DNA from: Polyangiaceae bacterium
GTDB taxonomy: Bacteria; Myxococcota_A; Polyangia; Polyangiales; Polyangiaceae
NCBI GenBank assembly: GCA_965222375.1
Contig: CBDCTZ010000008.1
Coordinates: forward strand, 454,514 to 518,513
Direction of reading: 5' to 3'
Length of the DNA stretch: 64,000 bases
Shown here: piece by piece, positions 9,789 to 19,551 of the stretch
Layout: the number at the start of each line of letters is the position of its first letter
How positions within the stretch are numbered: the stretch's first letter is position 1
Made by a program: the position numbers and the translations under genes
The notes under the pieces: generated by a model
The model's input: the letters and a program-made list of their open reading frames with translations, nothing else
The model's database searches: none
What the model was told of the DNA's origin: nothing

Positions 9789-10357
9789 GGCGCTGCCACG
9801 CGCAGCACGCGCCCGGCTTCGAGCCGGTAGGCATCGCCATTGATGGGGCAGCACGCACGACCCGCAGCATCGAAAGCTAGCGACTCGCCTCGCTCACTGA
9901 CCCAACCCATGTGCCGCGCAGGATTGCCGCCAACCTGTTCGTTCGCGAGCACGTCGTGGGTCACGACGGCGCCCGCCGCGACGAAGGCGAAAGCACCAAT
10001 GCTCACCCCGGGCAGCACGGTGGCATTCGCACCGATGGTGGCCCCCTGACGGATCAACGTCTTGCGGAAACCCTCCTTCTGAGAAAAGAACGCCCGGGGT
10101 CGCAGCACATTGGTGAACACGACGCTTGGACCCACGAAGACATCGGCCTCGAGTTCGACGCCGTCGAAGACACTCACGTGGTTCTGGATTCGCGTGCGCG
10201 CACCTACACGTACACTGGGGCCAACGTAGCAGCCCATGCCCAGGCTGACGCCATCCTCCAAAACGGCCCCAGCGCGCACGTGGCAGAAGCACCAGATCCG
10301 ACAGCCTGCGCCGATCTCCGCGCCCGGCTCCACGATCGCCGTCGGGTGAATCATCAC
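9785..10357 (-). CDS. wbpD: Hexapeptide-repeat N-acetyltransferase, WbpD/WlbB-like
   Basis: IHPTAIVEPGAEIG, IQNHVSVFDGV, VGPSVVFTNVLRPR, GNPARHMGWV, C-terminal CPINGDAYRL. Confidence 0.8.
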   Translation of the reverse strand: MMIHPTAIVEPGAEIGAGCRIWCFCHVRAGAVLEDGVSLGMGCYVGPSVRVGARTRIQNHVSVFDGVELEADVFVGPSVVFTNVLRPRAFFSQKEGFRKTLIRQGATIGANATVLPGVSIGAFAFVAAGAVVTHDVLANEQVGGNPARHMGWVSERGESLAFDAAGRACCPINGDAYRLEAGRVLRVAAP

Positions 10358-10485
10358 GCGCCAGTATAAACCCGTGCGTCCGGGACGCTTTTGTCGAAGC
10401 GGAGGTTGACTCCTGCGAGGCTAGGCGACCATGCTCGGGCCCTGTCCCTTTGCGCGGCTGGCCATTGTCCAGAGGAGCCAATCTC

Positions 10486-11316
10486 ATGCGAAAAATCGCC
10501 ACTTTGATCCCCTTATTCGCCCTTTGTCTGACTTCCGTAGCGAGCGCCCAAGACGATGACGTGATGGACGCTGACGCCGAGGCCGAAGGCGAAGGCAGCG
10601 CCTCCGTCGGCGTCGGAGCCGGCGCCGGCGCTGGCGCCTCCGTGGGCATGCTGACCGGATTCGGCAGATCCGGGACCTTCGTGATCGGCGCCGAGCGGCT
10701 GATGGGGTTTTCGCAGACGACGACCAAGATCAAAGTTGACGATCCGGCTGTCGCCCGCGAGGTGGATTCTAGCCAGACCTCGTTCTATTTTCTCGGCAGC
10801 AATCCGGGCGCGAGTGACTTGGGCGGCACTCCGCCATCTCAGGGATCGCCGTTTGTCGCACCACGCATCGGATTCGACTACTTCGTGGTGGACAATGTCA
10901 GCGTTGGCGGCTCGGTCACGTACATCAGCGATTCCAGCTCTGGTGACCAGACTCAGGGCAATCAGCAGACGGATCTGGCGGACATCAAGAGCAACGTCTT
11001 CTCGGTGTCACCGCGAGCGGGCTATGCGTTGATGTTTAGCGAGACCTTCGGCCTGTGGCCTCGCGGCGGAATCACGTACGTGTCCCACAAGCTAGAAGTG
11101 AATGACACTGAGATCTCCGGGACGTTGCTCGCGTTGAGCCTAGAGGGCAATCTGGTGATCACTCCGGTGCCTCACGCGGGGTTCCTGATCGGCCCGACCT
11201 TGGATTTTCCGTTCTTGGGCAGCGGCGAAGCGAAGGCTGGCCAAAACACCACGGATCTGGACACTTTCAAGGTCACGACCTTCGGGCTCCAGGCCGGCTT
11301 GTTCATCTGGCTGTAG
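10486..11316 (+). CDS. Outer-membrane beta-barrel protein
   Basis: AGAGGAG RBS, signal peptide MRKIATLIPLFALCLTSVASA, alternating beta strands (PRIGFDYFV, PRAGYAL), C-terminal GLQAGLFIWL beta-signal. Confidence 0.82.
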   Translation: MRKIATLIPLFALCLTSVASAQDDDVMDADAEAEGEGSASVGVGAGAGAGASVGMLTGFGRSGTFVIGAERLMGFSQTTTKIKVDDPAVAREVDSSQTSFYFLGSNPGASDLGGTPPSQGSPFVAPRIGFDYFVVDNVSVGGSVTYISDSSSGDQTQGNQQTDLADIKSNVFSVSPRAGYALMFSETFGLWPRGGITYVSHKLEVNDTEISGTLLALSLEGNLVITPVPHAGFLIGPTLDFPFLGSGEAKAGQNTTDLDTFKVTTFGLQAGLFIWL

Positions 11317-11319
11317 CGC

Positions 11320-12864
11320 TCAGAAGCACTTCGCGATTTCGAGGCAGTTGCTCTTGCTGTTGATGCAGTGAGCGGCAGACCGCGTGATACCCACACACGC
11401 GCCCACGGGACAGGTGACTCCGCAGCCCTTCAACTTGGCGCAGGCCGCGTCACACACGGAGGAGTTGCTAGCGGGCTTCGGCGCCGGCGCCGCCGTCTTG
11501 GTGGCCGTCGCTGTGGGCGTGGCGGCAGGCGCAGGACCCGGGGCCGGGCCCGGCTTGGGTCTGGGGGGCTGCGCAACGCCCGTGGGCTCGGGGCTACCGG
11601 CTGCCTTGGGACTCGGCGCAGCCACTGCCGAGCCTGCTTCGGGCGTGGCGGCCACAGTGGGCGCGCTCGCGCTCGGGCTTGCGCTCGCCGCGGTCTGAAC
11701 AAAATCGGCGGCGAACACCGTCACGCCCACCGCCACCGCGATCACAGCGAACAGCGCCGCGCCGATCACGCCGAGAATCACGAATACGGCGCGCCCCCCG
11801 GACTTCGCCGGCGCGGGGGCCGCAGGCATCGACGCGGAGTGGGCTGCTGAATGAGGCGGATGCAGACTCGGGGAGCTGGCATAGGCACCTGCTGCCGGAG
11901 CTAGCGGCGCTTGGCTAGCCGGCGCCGCGGCGTAACCCTGGGGGCTGGGCAGGCTGGCGCCCCCGGGCACGCCCGAGGCATGAGGTGAACGGGTCGTAGG
12001 CTGGCCCACAACCTGAGCGAAGGTGTCGGCAAGCTCGAGGGCCGTGGCAAAGCGCTGCTCGGGCTCGCGAGCCAATGCGCGGGCCATGAAGGCATCCAGG
12101 GCAGACGGCAGGCCACCCGCCGTCGAAGGCGGCGGCGCTGGTTCGGTGCAGATCTGCAACAACAGATCCCCCAGGGCGTGACTGTCGTAGGGGCGCCGCC
12201 CGGTCGTGCACTCGTAGGCGATCACACCGAGGGCCCAGAGATCCGTCCGGTGGTCCACCTCCTTGCGACCGCGGGCCTGCTCGGGACTCATGTAGTGAGG
12301 CGTTCCCATCACGGAGCCGGTACCCGTGAGCTGCTCGACTTCCATTTGTTCGACCAGCTTGGCGATCCCGAAATCGAGCACCTTCACCAGTTCGCGATCG
12401 ACATCACGGACTAGGAAGATGTTGTCGGGCTTCAGATCCCGGTGAACGATCCCGGCTTCGTGGGCCTTGTGCAAGGCCCGCGCGCTTTGGGTGATGATCG
12501 CCGCTGTGGCCGCGAGTTCCAACCGACCGACTCGTCGCAGTCGTTGAGCCAAGCTCTCGCCTTCGAGCAGCTCCATCACGATGAAGGGCGCGCTGCCCTC
12601 GACGCCGACATCGAAGATCTGCACGACGTGGGGGCTGCGCAGCGCCGCCGCTGCCTGCGCCTCCCGAAGGAATCGAGCGTGACCGTGCGCGCTGTCCTGG
12701 GCGCGCTCATTGAGCACCTTCACCGCCACCGGGCTCGAGAGCACCAGGTGATCCGCTCGCCAGACCGTTCCCATGCCGCCGGATCCCAGCGGCTCCACGA
12801 GGCGATACTTGCCAGCCAGAATGGCACCGGGTTGAAGGGATTGGCTCACGCGAGAAACCAGCAA
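11320..12864 (-). CDS. Hanks-type Ser/Thr protein kinase with TM helix and Cys-rich C-terminal domain
   Basis: LGSGGMGTV, VAVK, HRDLKPDN, DFG, GTPHYMSPE, DLWALG; TM segment, Pro/Ala linker and an 8-Cys tail. Confidence 0.95.
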   Translation of the reverse strand: MLVSRVSQSLQPGAILAGKYRLVEPLGSGGMGTVWRADHLVLSSPVAVKVLNERAQDSAHGHARFLREAQAAAALRSPHVVQIFDVGVEGSAPFIVMELLEGESLAQRLRRVGRLELAATAAIITQSARALHKAHEAGIVHRDLKPDNIFLVRDVDRELVKVLDFGIAKLVEQMEVEQLTGTGSVMGTPHYMSPEQARGRKEVDHRTDLWALGVIAYECTTGRRPYDSHALGDLLLQICTEPAPPPSTAGGLPSALDAFMARALAREPEQRFATALELADTFAQVVGQPTTRSPHASGVPGGASLPSPQGYAAAPASQAPLAPAAGAYASSPSLHPPHSAAHSASMPAAPAPAKSGGRAVFVILGVIGAALFAVIAVAVGVTVFAADFVQTAASASPSASAPTVAATPEAGSAVAAPSPKAAGSPEPTGVAQPPRPKPGPAPGPAPAATPTATATKTAAPAPKPASNSSVCDAACAKLKGCGVTCPVGACVGITRSAAHCINSKSNCLEIAKCF

Positions 12865-13223
12865 AGCTCAGCTCGGGGGCCTCAGCAAGAAAAGCGAACT
12901 GTCGAGCGACAAACCCCTCTCCGACACGACCAACCTCCGCCTCCAGACCTGGCCTTCGTGCGCCTGGGGCGCTAGATCCGTAGTCGCCTCGGCTTGGTGA
13001 AGCCCGCCCCCGCAGCCCCCCGCGACGGACAGCTGGTGAGTGAGCTAACAGTCGCCGATACGACGCGCTGAGTCGATCTCGAGCGCGTCGGGGCCGGGTC
13101 GGTCACCCTCGTCGTGCATAGTCGCGACCTACCCGACCTGGAGACTCTGCGCAGCTGGGTCACCCGGGCGCTGGACCTGCTGGGCGACGCGCCGAAGGGG
13201 GCGCCTCGAGGGTTCTAACCACG

Positions 13224-13260
13224 GCGGGGACTTATATGCACTGTGCATATAAGTTCCCGC
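13224..13260. repeat. 18-bp near-perfect inverted repeat with 1-nt spacer
   Basis: GCGGGGACTTATATGCAC-T-GTGCATATAAGTTCCCGC; one mismatch (G.T); AT-rich core. Confidence 0.85.
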
Positions 13261-13279
13261 GACCCTTTGAGCGTGAGAT

Positions 13280-13741
13280 CTAGGTCGAGAGATCATAAAG
13301 CACGTCGTCGGCTAGGCGGCGGGAAGGTCGGCGGCGTCTTCGCTTGGAAGCCGGCTTGGAGGTCGCAGGTGGGGGACGCGGAGGCGCATACGCGCTGGCG
13401 CCGACAGGCGCGTGGCAATGCGTGCATTCCTTTGGGTAGCGCCCGATGGCGATGATCCAGTACGCGGGTTGAGCAGGCCCCCGGGCGATGGGTCGCCAGC
13501 AGAATGGGCACTTCGCGTTCAAAACGAAGGTGAGCGCTATGAGCAGCGGGAACTGCGCTGCCAGTAGATACATGAAGAGACTAAAACCGCCGGCGTAAAG
13601 GTACGCCGCCACTATTGCTAAATAGATGGACCGACGAGCCAGCGTGTGCACGAAGCACGCCGCCCTGTAGCGGTCCCAATTTCGGTTCTCAGGGGTCTGG
13701 GTGGCAGCGGGAATGGCTGGGGTTCGATAGGGGTGGCTCAT
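13280..13741 (-). CDS. Hypothetical 2-TM membrane protein with two CxxC motifs
   Basis: MSHPYR start, two hydrophobic helices, CPFC...CTHC; begins 6 bp after the upstream ORF stop. Confidence 0.65.
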   Translation of the reverse strand: MSHPYRTPAIPAATQTPENRNWDRYRAACFVHTLARRSIYLAIVAAYLYAGGFSLFMYLLAAQFPLLIALTFVLNAKCPFCWRPIARGPAQPAYWIIAIGRYPKECTHCHAPVGASAYAPPRPPPATSKPASKRRRRRPSRRLADDVLYDLST

Positions 13742-13747
13742 GCTGGA

Positions 13748-14869
13748 TTACCTCGTGTAGTGAGCCCGGGGCACGCGGACTTGCCAGAGTTCGGCAGCGG
13801 ACTGGGTTTGACCCTGCTGGCGCTGGTCAACGCCGGGCGCTGGTGACTGCGCGCCGCTCGTGCCGGGCGAGCGCTGCGCGGCCGCTGCGCTCGCGCCCTG
13901 CTGGATGACGGATCCGTACGCGCTGATGCGGTCCATCCGCTGCCGATCTGCGTGGCCGAGCCTCTGACCGACACCAAGCTCAACCGCGAGCGCGTAACCC
14001 GCGATGCCGACGGCGCCGAGCAGTCCGCCGCTCTTCAGTGAGTCGATGGAACGGTTGTAGGCGGCGAACTTCTCTTCGAAGCTCTTGAAGCCCTTGACGG
14101 CGCCCGAGTTCTTTCCCGGACCCGCTGCGCTTTGGCAGGTGCGACCGACGATGCGCTCGAGTTCGTGCTTGGCGGCGCCATATTTCTCGCCCAGCTCCCG
14201 GCGCGCATCGCGCAGCCCTTTTTCGTCACGCTCTGCGGCCCACACGGCGTCGGCGATCCCTTCCCGGAACACGCCGTTAACTTCGTCATCAGCGCGCTGC
14301 GTCCGCGCAGCTGCGACACGCTCCCGCGCGTCGCCGATCGCGGCGTCGACCGCCCGCACGAGGCGTTCGTGGTGGTCGGCCAGCGTCTCCAAGCGCTTGT
14401 ATGCCTCGAACTGCATTTCTACGGGCGGCTGGGGACTGGCGTCAGCCCGGAGCAGTGGGTACGTCTTGGGAAACTGCGGCGTGGGCTTGCTGGGACGAGT
14501 TGGTAGCGGTGGCACTGGCGGTCGCGACTGCTTAGCCACGACGCTGCGCACTGCGGCGGCGTCGGGGTGACTGGAGCGCACTGGAGTCGGAAGCGCCTCC
14601 GTCTTCTGCCGCGACTGGTCCTGCAGCGCCCCGAGAGCCTTCTCAGCGTCGCTGTGCCGCGCCTTGGGCGGCACCGACGCTGGCTTGGACCAGAACGGCT
14701 TCTGGCCCGCAGCGTTCTTGGCAACGAGCAGCTTGCTGCTCGGAGTCAGCCGCGGACCAAAGTCTGCGATGCTCAGTTTGGCTGGGGCCGGCTTTGCTTC
14801 CGGCTCGTTTTCGTCGGGCTGTTTCGGCTCACGGGCAATCGGGCCAGGGCGCTTGGGTTCTGTACGCAT
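13748..14869 (-). CDS. Hypothetical protein (Pro-rich N-terminus, coiled coil, Gly-rich hydrophobic segment)
   Basis: Likely start ATG 14869 (MRTEPKRP); the helical middle region and GGLLGAVGIAGYALAVELG read like real protein. Confidence 0.6.
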   Translation of the reverse strand: MRTEPKRPGPIAREPKQPDENEPEAKPAPAKLSIADFGPRLTPSSKLLVAKNAAGQKPFWSKPASVPPKARHSDAEKALGALQDQSRQKTEALPTPVRSSHPDAAAVRSVVAKQSRPPVPPLPTRPSKPTPQFPKTYPLLRADASPQPPVEMQFEAYKRLETLADHHERLVRAVDAAIGDARERVAAARTQRADDEVNGVFREGIADAVWAAERDEKGLRDARRELGEKYGAAKHELERIVGRTCQSAAGPGKNSGAVKGFKSFEEKFAAYNRSIDSLKSGGLLGAVGIAGYALAVELGVGQRLGHADRQRMDRISAYGSVIQQGASAAAAQRSPGTSGAQSPAPGVDQRQQGQTQSAAELWQVRVPRAHYTR

Positions 14870-15152
14870 TGTCAGTCCACTTCGGTCGGTGCGGAGCTGA
14901 GTTGCCTGGTTTCTTCCGATTTTGTCGCATCGCGCTGCGGCGTCCGTATCGCGCTGGCGAGAGGCACAACGACGGGGCGCGAGTTCGCCCTGCTTTTCGT
15001 GACGCGCCCGCTGGCCCCAAGACGAGAGGCAGGCGACAGCGACGCAATGCGAACCGACCCCAAACCAACCACCCAAGATGCGCTCAGGCGTCTGCTTTGC
15101 CGGCGGCAAAACTTTGCGCGCAACTGCGTGACGGCGCGGCCGAGCAGGTGCC

Positions 15153-16211
15153 ATGAGCGAGGCAATGCGTGTTTCGGGCGCTCCACCCCGGCCCCAGGTC
15201 GACTACCTGGAGACTCAGTTCGAGCGCAGCATCCGAGCCCGCGCGCCGCGGGCCCGCGTGGCGCCGCGCGTCGACGTCCGAGCTGTCGCGAGCGTCAGAA
15301 AGGGCGCTCAACTGGAGGCGATAGGAAAGCGCCTCGACGCACTGCTGAGGGAGGCACAGGGCCCGTACACCGTGGGCGGCCAAAGCGTTCGCGTCACGCC
15401 GGCGTTTCGCACACGGTACGGAGAGTCGGCAGCCCAGACCGCCGCTTACGTGCGAGACATCAAGCGAGCGGTGGGGCCGAAAGCGTGGAGAGACATCGCG
15501 ATGGCAGCGGCGCATGCAACCGGCTCCCGCGGATCCCTGGCGAACATCAAGCGCGTGACTCAAGCACTGCTGAAGTCGCCACGGGGTGAAGCGATCGTCG
15601 CGAAGTTCAAGGACGACTCGGCCAAGGCAGTCCGGAACGTCATGGTGGAGTTCGGCATCGGCCTCGACTGCCGCGGCTACGCGGTTCACGGGTTCTTGGC
15701 TGCGCGGTCGGTTAACGGCGTCGCTGTACCCAAGGCGAAATACGGATTCGACGCTGGAATGACGCCGCCGCATGCCAGCAGGCACCTCAAGGGCGTCGAC
15801 ATCGCGCAGGCGCGCACCGGCGATCTGCTTCGGCTCTTGCCCGACACGCAAAACGGCAACCGGGACCACAACGTGGTGGTGCGCTCGAACGAAGCGCAGA
15901 CTGCGGCTGCAGGAAACGCATTGCGGGTCGCGGGGAGGAGTGTCGACCCGGGTCCTCTCAGGACTCCGGGCGGCGCACCGACTCGTCTGAGGGTGCTCAG
16001 CGTCGACTCTTCCTGGGGCAACGCTCGACGCTTGCCCGACGGTGGCTACGCGCCCGAACCGACGTGGGGCGGCGTCGAGCGCCGGGTTTGGGTCCACAAC
16101 CCCACCACGGGGCAGTGGGGTCGAGTCAGCGGTGGGCGCGTCGTCGAAACCCCTCTTGGCCCCGGCAACCACCAACAAGCGCGCGCCTATCGCGCCATCG
16201 GAGAATCATGA
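15153..16211 (+). CDS. Putative NlpC/P60-like (papain-fold) amidase/peptidase
   Basis: GIGLDCRGYA (GxDCxG nucleophile), ARTGDLL, DHNVVV in NlpC/P60 order; no signal peptide. Confidence 0.55.
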   Translation: MSEAMRVSGAPPRPQVDYLETQFERSIRARAPRARVAPRVDVRAVASVRKGAQLEAIGKRLDALLREAQGPYTVGGQSVRVTPAFRTRYGESAAQTAAYVRDIKRAVGPKAWRDIAMAAAHATGSRGSLANIKRVTQALLKSPRGEAIVAKFKDDSAKAVRNVMVEFGIGLDCRGYAVHGFLAARSVNGVAVPKAKYGFDAGMTPPHASRHLKGVDIAQARTGDLLRLLPDTQNGNRDHNVVVRSNEAQTAAAGNALRVAGRSVDPGPLRTPGGAPTRLRVLSVDSSWGNARRLPDGGYAPEPTWGGVERRVWVHNPTTGQWGRVSGGRVVETPLGPGNHQQARAYRAIGES

Positions 16212-16444
16212 ACAACCTACGCTCCCTCATTCTGCTCCCCTTCGTCGTCGTCCAAGTCGTTGCAGCCGGCTGCAAGGTCAACCTGCAGGCCGAAGATCGC
16301 CAGCTCCGGACACGGGCGGGCGGCCACAGGGTGTACCCGGCCGAGAGTTCAAAAGCTGCGCATGCCTTGCAAGGACGCCGGACCGGAAAGGAGGCGCCCA
16401 AGCCGTCCGCTCGCCAGGCAACGCCAGTCGCAGTGAGTCGCTGA
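16208..16444 (+). CDS. Small lipoprotein (possibly truncated)
   Basis: ATGA overlap with the upstream gene; MNNLRSLILLPFVVVQVVAAG-C lipobox. Confidence 0.5.
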   Translation: MNNLRSLILLPFVVVQVVAAGCKVNLQAEDRQLRTRAGGHRVYPAESSKAAHALQGRRTGKEAPKPSARQATPVAVSR

Positions 16445-16500
16445 CCGGGGCGGCCATTTCGCCCGTCGGCTCGGGGGCGGCACGTACTATCATCGCCCGC

Positions 16501-17178
16501 GTGAGACGAGTTCCGACTTCGGCTGGCCTCCTCGCGGTCCTCGTCTTGGTTGCGTGTCGCAAGGCACGGTCAGATCCAGCGTCGAAGACGCCAGACTCAC
16601 CCGTCGCGACGGCGACAGTCCCAGAGGCAGCCGCGACGGCGCCGGAGGACAGCCCACCACCACCCGCGACAAAGCCTACTCCACAAGAAGAACCCGACCA
16701 TCGACAGCCGCCCGAAACGTCGACCAACGCCTTTGGCGATCGGGTTCCCGTGCACTTCGACATCGAGGGCATGTTGGAAGCTGCGCTGCCGAGCCGATGG
16801 CGGGCGGGCGCAGAGGCCAGGATCTTGTCCTGGCTGATCCAAATCGACGAACGGCCGCTGCTGGTCGAGCAAGTGCTGCTCTGGATCATGGTCGCGCCGA
16901 AGAACGCTGCGCCGAGCTACCGGCTGGTCAACCTCTTTCGCCACCCCGTGGGTGGCTGGAGTGGAAACAAGCGCTGGCGCTTGTGGATGCGCTCCCGTTC
17001 ACCCCCTGGGCTGCAGAGCTTCGCAGCGCCCCCAACGCTGGCCGAGCTCGACAAATTCACCTCGCGCACCGACTGGGACTACGACGCGAGCAGCGGTTTC
17101 GATCTGGTGGACGGCCAGGTCTGCGCCGGCGCCTGGAAGAGGAGCTTTGGCACCCCGCCAAAGCACAGCTTCCCGTGA
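16501..17178 (+). CDS. Hypothetical lipoprotein
   Basis: GTG start; VRRVPTSAGLLAVLVLVA-C lipobox, Pro/Thr linker, Trp-rich globular domain. Confidence 0.65.
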   Translation: MRRVPTSAGLLAVLVLVACRKARSDPASKTPDSPVATATVPEAAATAPEDSPPPPATKPTPQEEPDHRQPPETSTNAFGDRVPVHFDIEGMLEAALPSRWRAGAEARILSWLIQIDERPLLVEQVLLWIMVAPKNAAPSYRLVNLFRHPVGGWSGNKRWRLWMRSRSPPGLQSFAAPPTLAELDKFTSRTDWDYDASSGFDLVDGQVCAGAWKRSFGTPPKHSFP

Positions 17179-17205
17179 TGGGCGTTGCGGCTGCGGCGCG
17201 GGCAC

Positions 17206-18327
17206 CTACTTCATGCCACTTCGCACTGCATCGATTACTTGGGACACCTGGTCAGCGCTGAGTGCCGGGTGAACGGGGAGCGCAAGCAGTTCCCTAGAGA
17301 GACGCTCTGCCACGGGGAAGCTGCCCGGCGCGTAGCCAAGATCGGCGTTGGCCGCCTGCAGATGCAGCGGTTTCGAGTAGTAGACAGCAGTCTCGATGCC
17401 GCGCGCGGCCAGGTGCTTGCGCAGTCGGTTCCGCATCGGTGCGGGCACAGCAAGGGAGTAGGCCGCGTAGACGTGGTTCGCGCCTGAGCCCACCGTCGGC
17501 ACCCGAGCTCCCGGCAGCTGGCAAAATGCGGCGTCGAAGCGTTCGGCAACGGCTCGGCGGCGGGCGATGGCATCGTGAACGTCTGGCAGCAGGATGCGCA
17601 ACAGGGCGGCCTGAAGCGCATCGAGGCGGAAGTTGCCCGCGGTCGCACGCGCCTCGCCGTCTTCGACTGCGTGTTGGCGCAAGGAGCGGGCATAACTTGC
17701 GATGACTGGATCGTTCGTGGTCGCAAGGCCAGCGTCGCCGAAGGCGCCCAGCACCTTGGCGGGGAAGAAGCTGAAACACGCCGCGTGACCCGCGCAGCCG
17801 ATTCGCAGGCCGCCATCGCCCCGCTGCATCTCCCCGCCGAACGCCTGCGCCGCATCCTCGATGAACACTAGCCCTCGAGAGTCACACAGCGCTCGCAAGC
17901 CTGCGGCGTCGCAGGGTTGACCGAAGAGATGCACGCCGATCACTGCACGCGTCTTTTCGGTGATGGCGTGCCGCACCGAGCTAACTTCCAGAACGTAAGT
18001 ATCGGCCCGGACATCCACGAAAACGGGACAGGCACCGATGCGCCGCACCGCCTCTGACGTCGCGATGAAACTGTAGGCCGGCGTGACCACTTCGTCCCCC
18101 GCCCCAACCCCCAGCGCGCGAAGCGCTACTACGAGGGCGTCACTGCCACTCGAGACGCCGACCGCATGATCTACGCCAAGGAACTCGGCCGCTTCCGCTT
18201 CGAAACATTCGACTTCGGGCCCGAGGATGTAGCGGCCCGATTCGATCACGCGACGAGCTGCTCTGCTCAGGGCGTCTAGACGCGACGCGTACTGTCGCAC
18301 GGGGTCGAAGAGGGTGATGGGAGCCAC
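17206..18327 (-). CDS. DegT/DnrJ/EryC1/StrS sugar aminotransferase (WbpE-like)
   Basis: GRYILGPEV, VSSGSDAL, VHLFGQ, IEDAAQA, FSFFPAKVLGAFGDAG (PLP Lys), NFRLDALQAA; start GTG 18327. Confidence 0.92.
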   Translation of the reverse strand: MAPITLFDPVRQYASRLDALSRAARRVIESGRYILGPEVECFEAEAAEFLGVDHAVGVSSGSDALVVALRALGVGAGDEVVTPAYSFIATSEAVRRIGACPVFVDVRADTYVLEVSSVRHAITEKTRAVIGVHLFGQPCDAAGLRALCDSRGLVFIEDAAQAFGGEMQRGDGGLRIGCAGHAACFSFFPAKVLGAFGDAGLATTNDPVIASYARSLRQHAVEDGEARATAGNFRLDALQAALLRILLPDVHDAIARRRAVAERFDAAFCQLPGARVPTVGSGANHVYAAYSLAVPAPMRNRLRKHLAARGIETAVYYSKPLHLQAANADLGYAPGSFPVAERLSRELLALPVHPALSADQVSQVIDAVRSGMK

Positions 18328-18528
18328 GGCGGGCCCAGAGCATACCGCGACAGGTGCGCTGCCTCTCGGCGGCTCTTGATCACGGGCAAACGATTGAAAT
18401 CCGTGACCCTCCAAGCGCCGCCGCACATTCCACCGCCAGTGAAATGGTCGCCGGCACGGCCGCGGAGTGCGTCGCGGATGATCCGATTGCCTTTTGCCTA
18501 AACCGCCTGCTCGGCCTAGCGTCGCCAC

Positions 18529-19530
18529 ATGCTGTCGCTGACCGTCGCCGCCGCGGCGTTCGTCACGAGTCTCATCTTGACGCCCATCGCTCGAGCGCTC
18601 GCGGTGCGCCATGGCCTCTTGGACCTGCCAAACGAGCGCAGCTCCCACGAGCGACCCACGCCGCGAAGCGGTGGCTACGCGATCGTGGTCGCGATGGTGC
18701 TAGGCGTGGCCGTCTCCGGTAGCCTTCGGGCTGGGTGGATGATGCTAGTCGGCGCAGCCGTCGGAGTTGCGCTGACGATAGCCGCCGTGGACGAACGCCG
18801 TCCGCTTCCCCGCTGGAGCAGGCTGGTGGTGCAAATCGGGATCGCCATTGCGCTAGTGGCGAGCGCGCCGCTGGTACTTCCCGGTATCCCGAGTGCGCTC
18901 GGATGGGGGATTGGAACCGTATGGATTGTGTATTCAATCAACGCCTACAACTTCATGGACGGTCTGAATGGCATCGCTTCCGTCACGGCCGTCGTGTGTG
19001 GCACCACCTTCGGATTGATGGCGCTAGCCAAGGGAGACGCTCCCGCCGCCGCCCTGGCCTTCGCAAGCGCCGGTGCCTGCGCCGGGTTCTTGCCGTTCAA
19101 TCTGCCCAGCGGCTCCATCTTCATGGGCGACACCGGCAGCGCCACACTCGGTCTGATCTTCGGTGCTCTGGTACTGCGATTGATCTCGGATGGCGTCTCA
19201 CCAGTCGCGAGCGTGCTACCGCTGGCGCCCTTCTTCTTGGACGCCGGGCTGACCATTCTGCGGCGGATGCTGCGCGGGGAGCGGTTCTTTTCCACGCCTC
19301 ACCGCGCCCATTTCTATCAGCGAATGCAGCAGCAGGGGTTCACGCACGCCGCTGTGGCCGGCGTGTATGGATTGCTGGCGCTTGGCGGCGCAGTCCTGGC
19401 GCTCTTCTTCGACAGCCTGTCCGCCGGGGCTGCCGCCGCGACGACTGTCGCGTTCGGCGCTTTGCACATCGTCATCTTCTTCTGCATCGAGACCGGCTGG
19501 CGCCGGTCGCAGCCGGCCGCCAACCCCTGA
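18529..19530 (+). CDS. Undecaprenyl-phosphate HexNAc-1-P transferase (WecA/WbpL, glycosyl transferase family 4 of Pfam, MraY-like)
   Basis: DLPNERSSHERPTPRSGG, INAYNFMDGLNG, IFMGDTGS, HRAHFYQR. Confidence 0.92.
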   Translation: MLSLTVAAAAFVTSLILTPIARALAVRHGLLDLPNERSSHERPTPRSGGYAIVVAMVLGVAVSGSLRAGWMMLVGAAVGVALTIAAVDERRPLPRWSRLVVQIGIAIALVASAPLVLPGIPSALGWGIGTVWIVYSINAYNFMDGLNGIASVTAVVCGTTFGLMALAKGDAPAAALAFASAGACAGFLPFNLPSGSIFMGDTGSATLGLIFGALVLRLISDGVSPVASVLPLAPFFLDAGLTILRRMLRGERFFSTPHRAHFYQRMQQQGFTHAAVAGVYGLLALGGAVLALFFDSLSAGAAAATTVAFGALHIVIFFCIETGWRRSQPAANP

Positions 19531-19551
19531 CCTTCACTTGCGTTATTCTCC

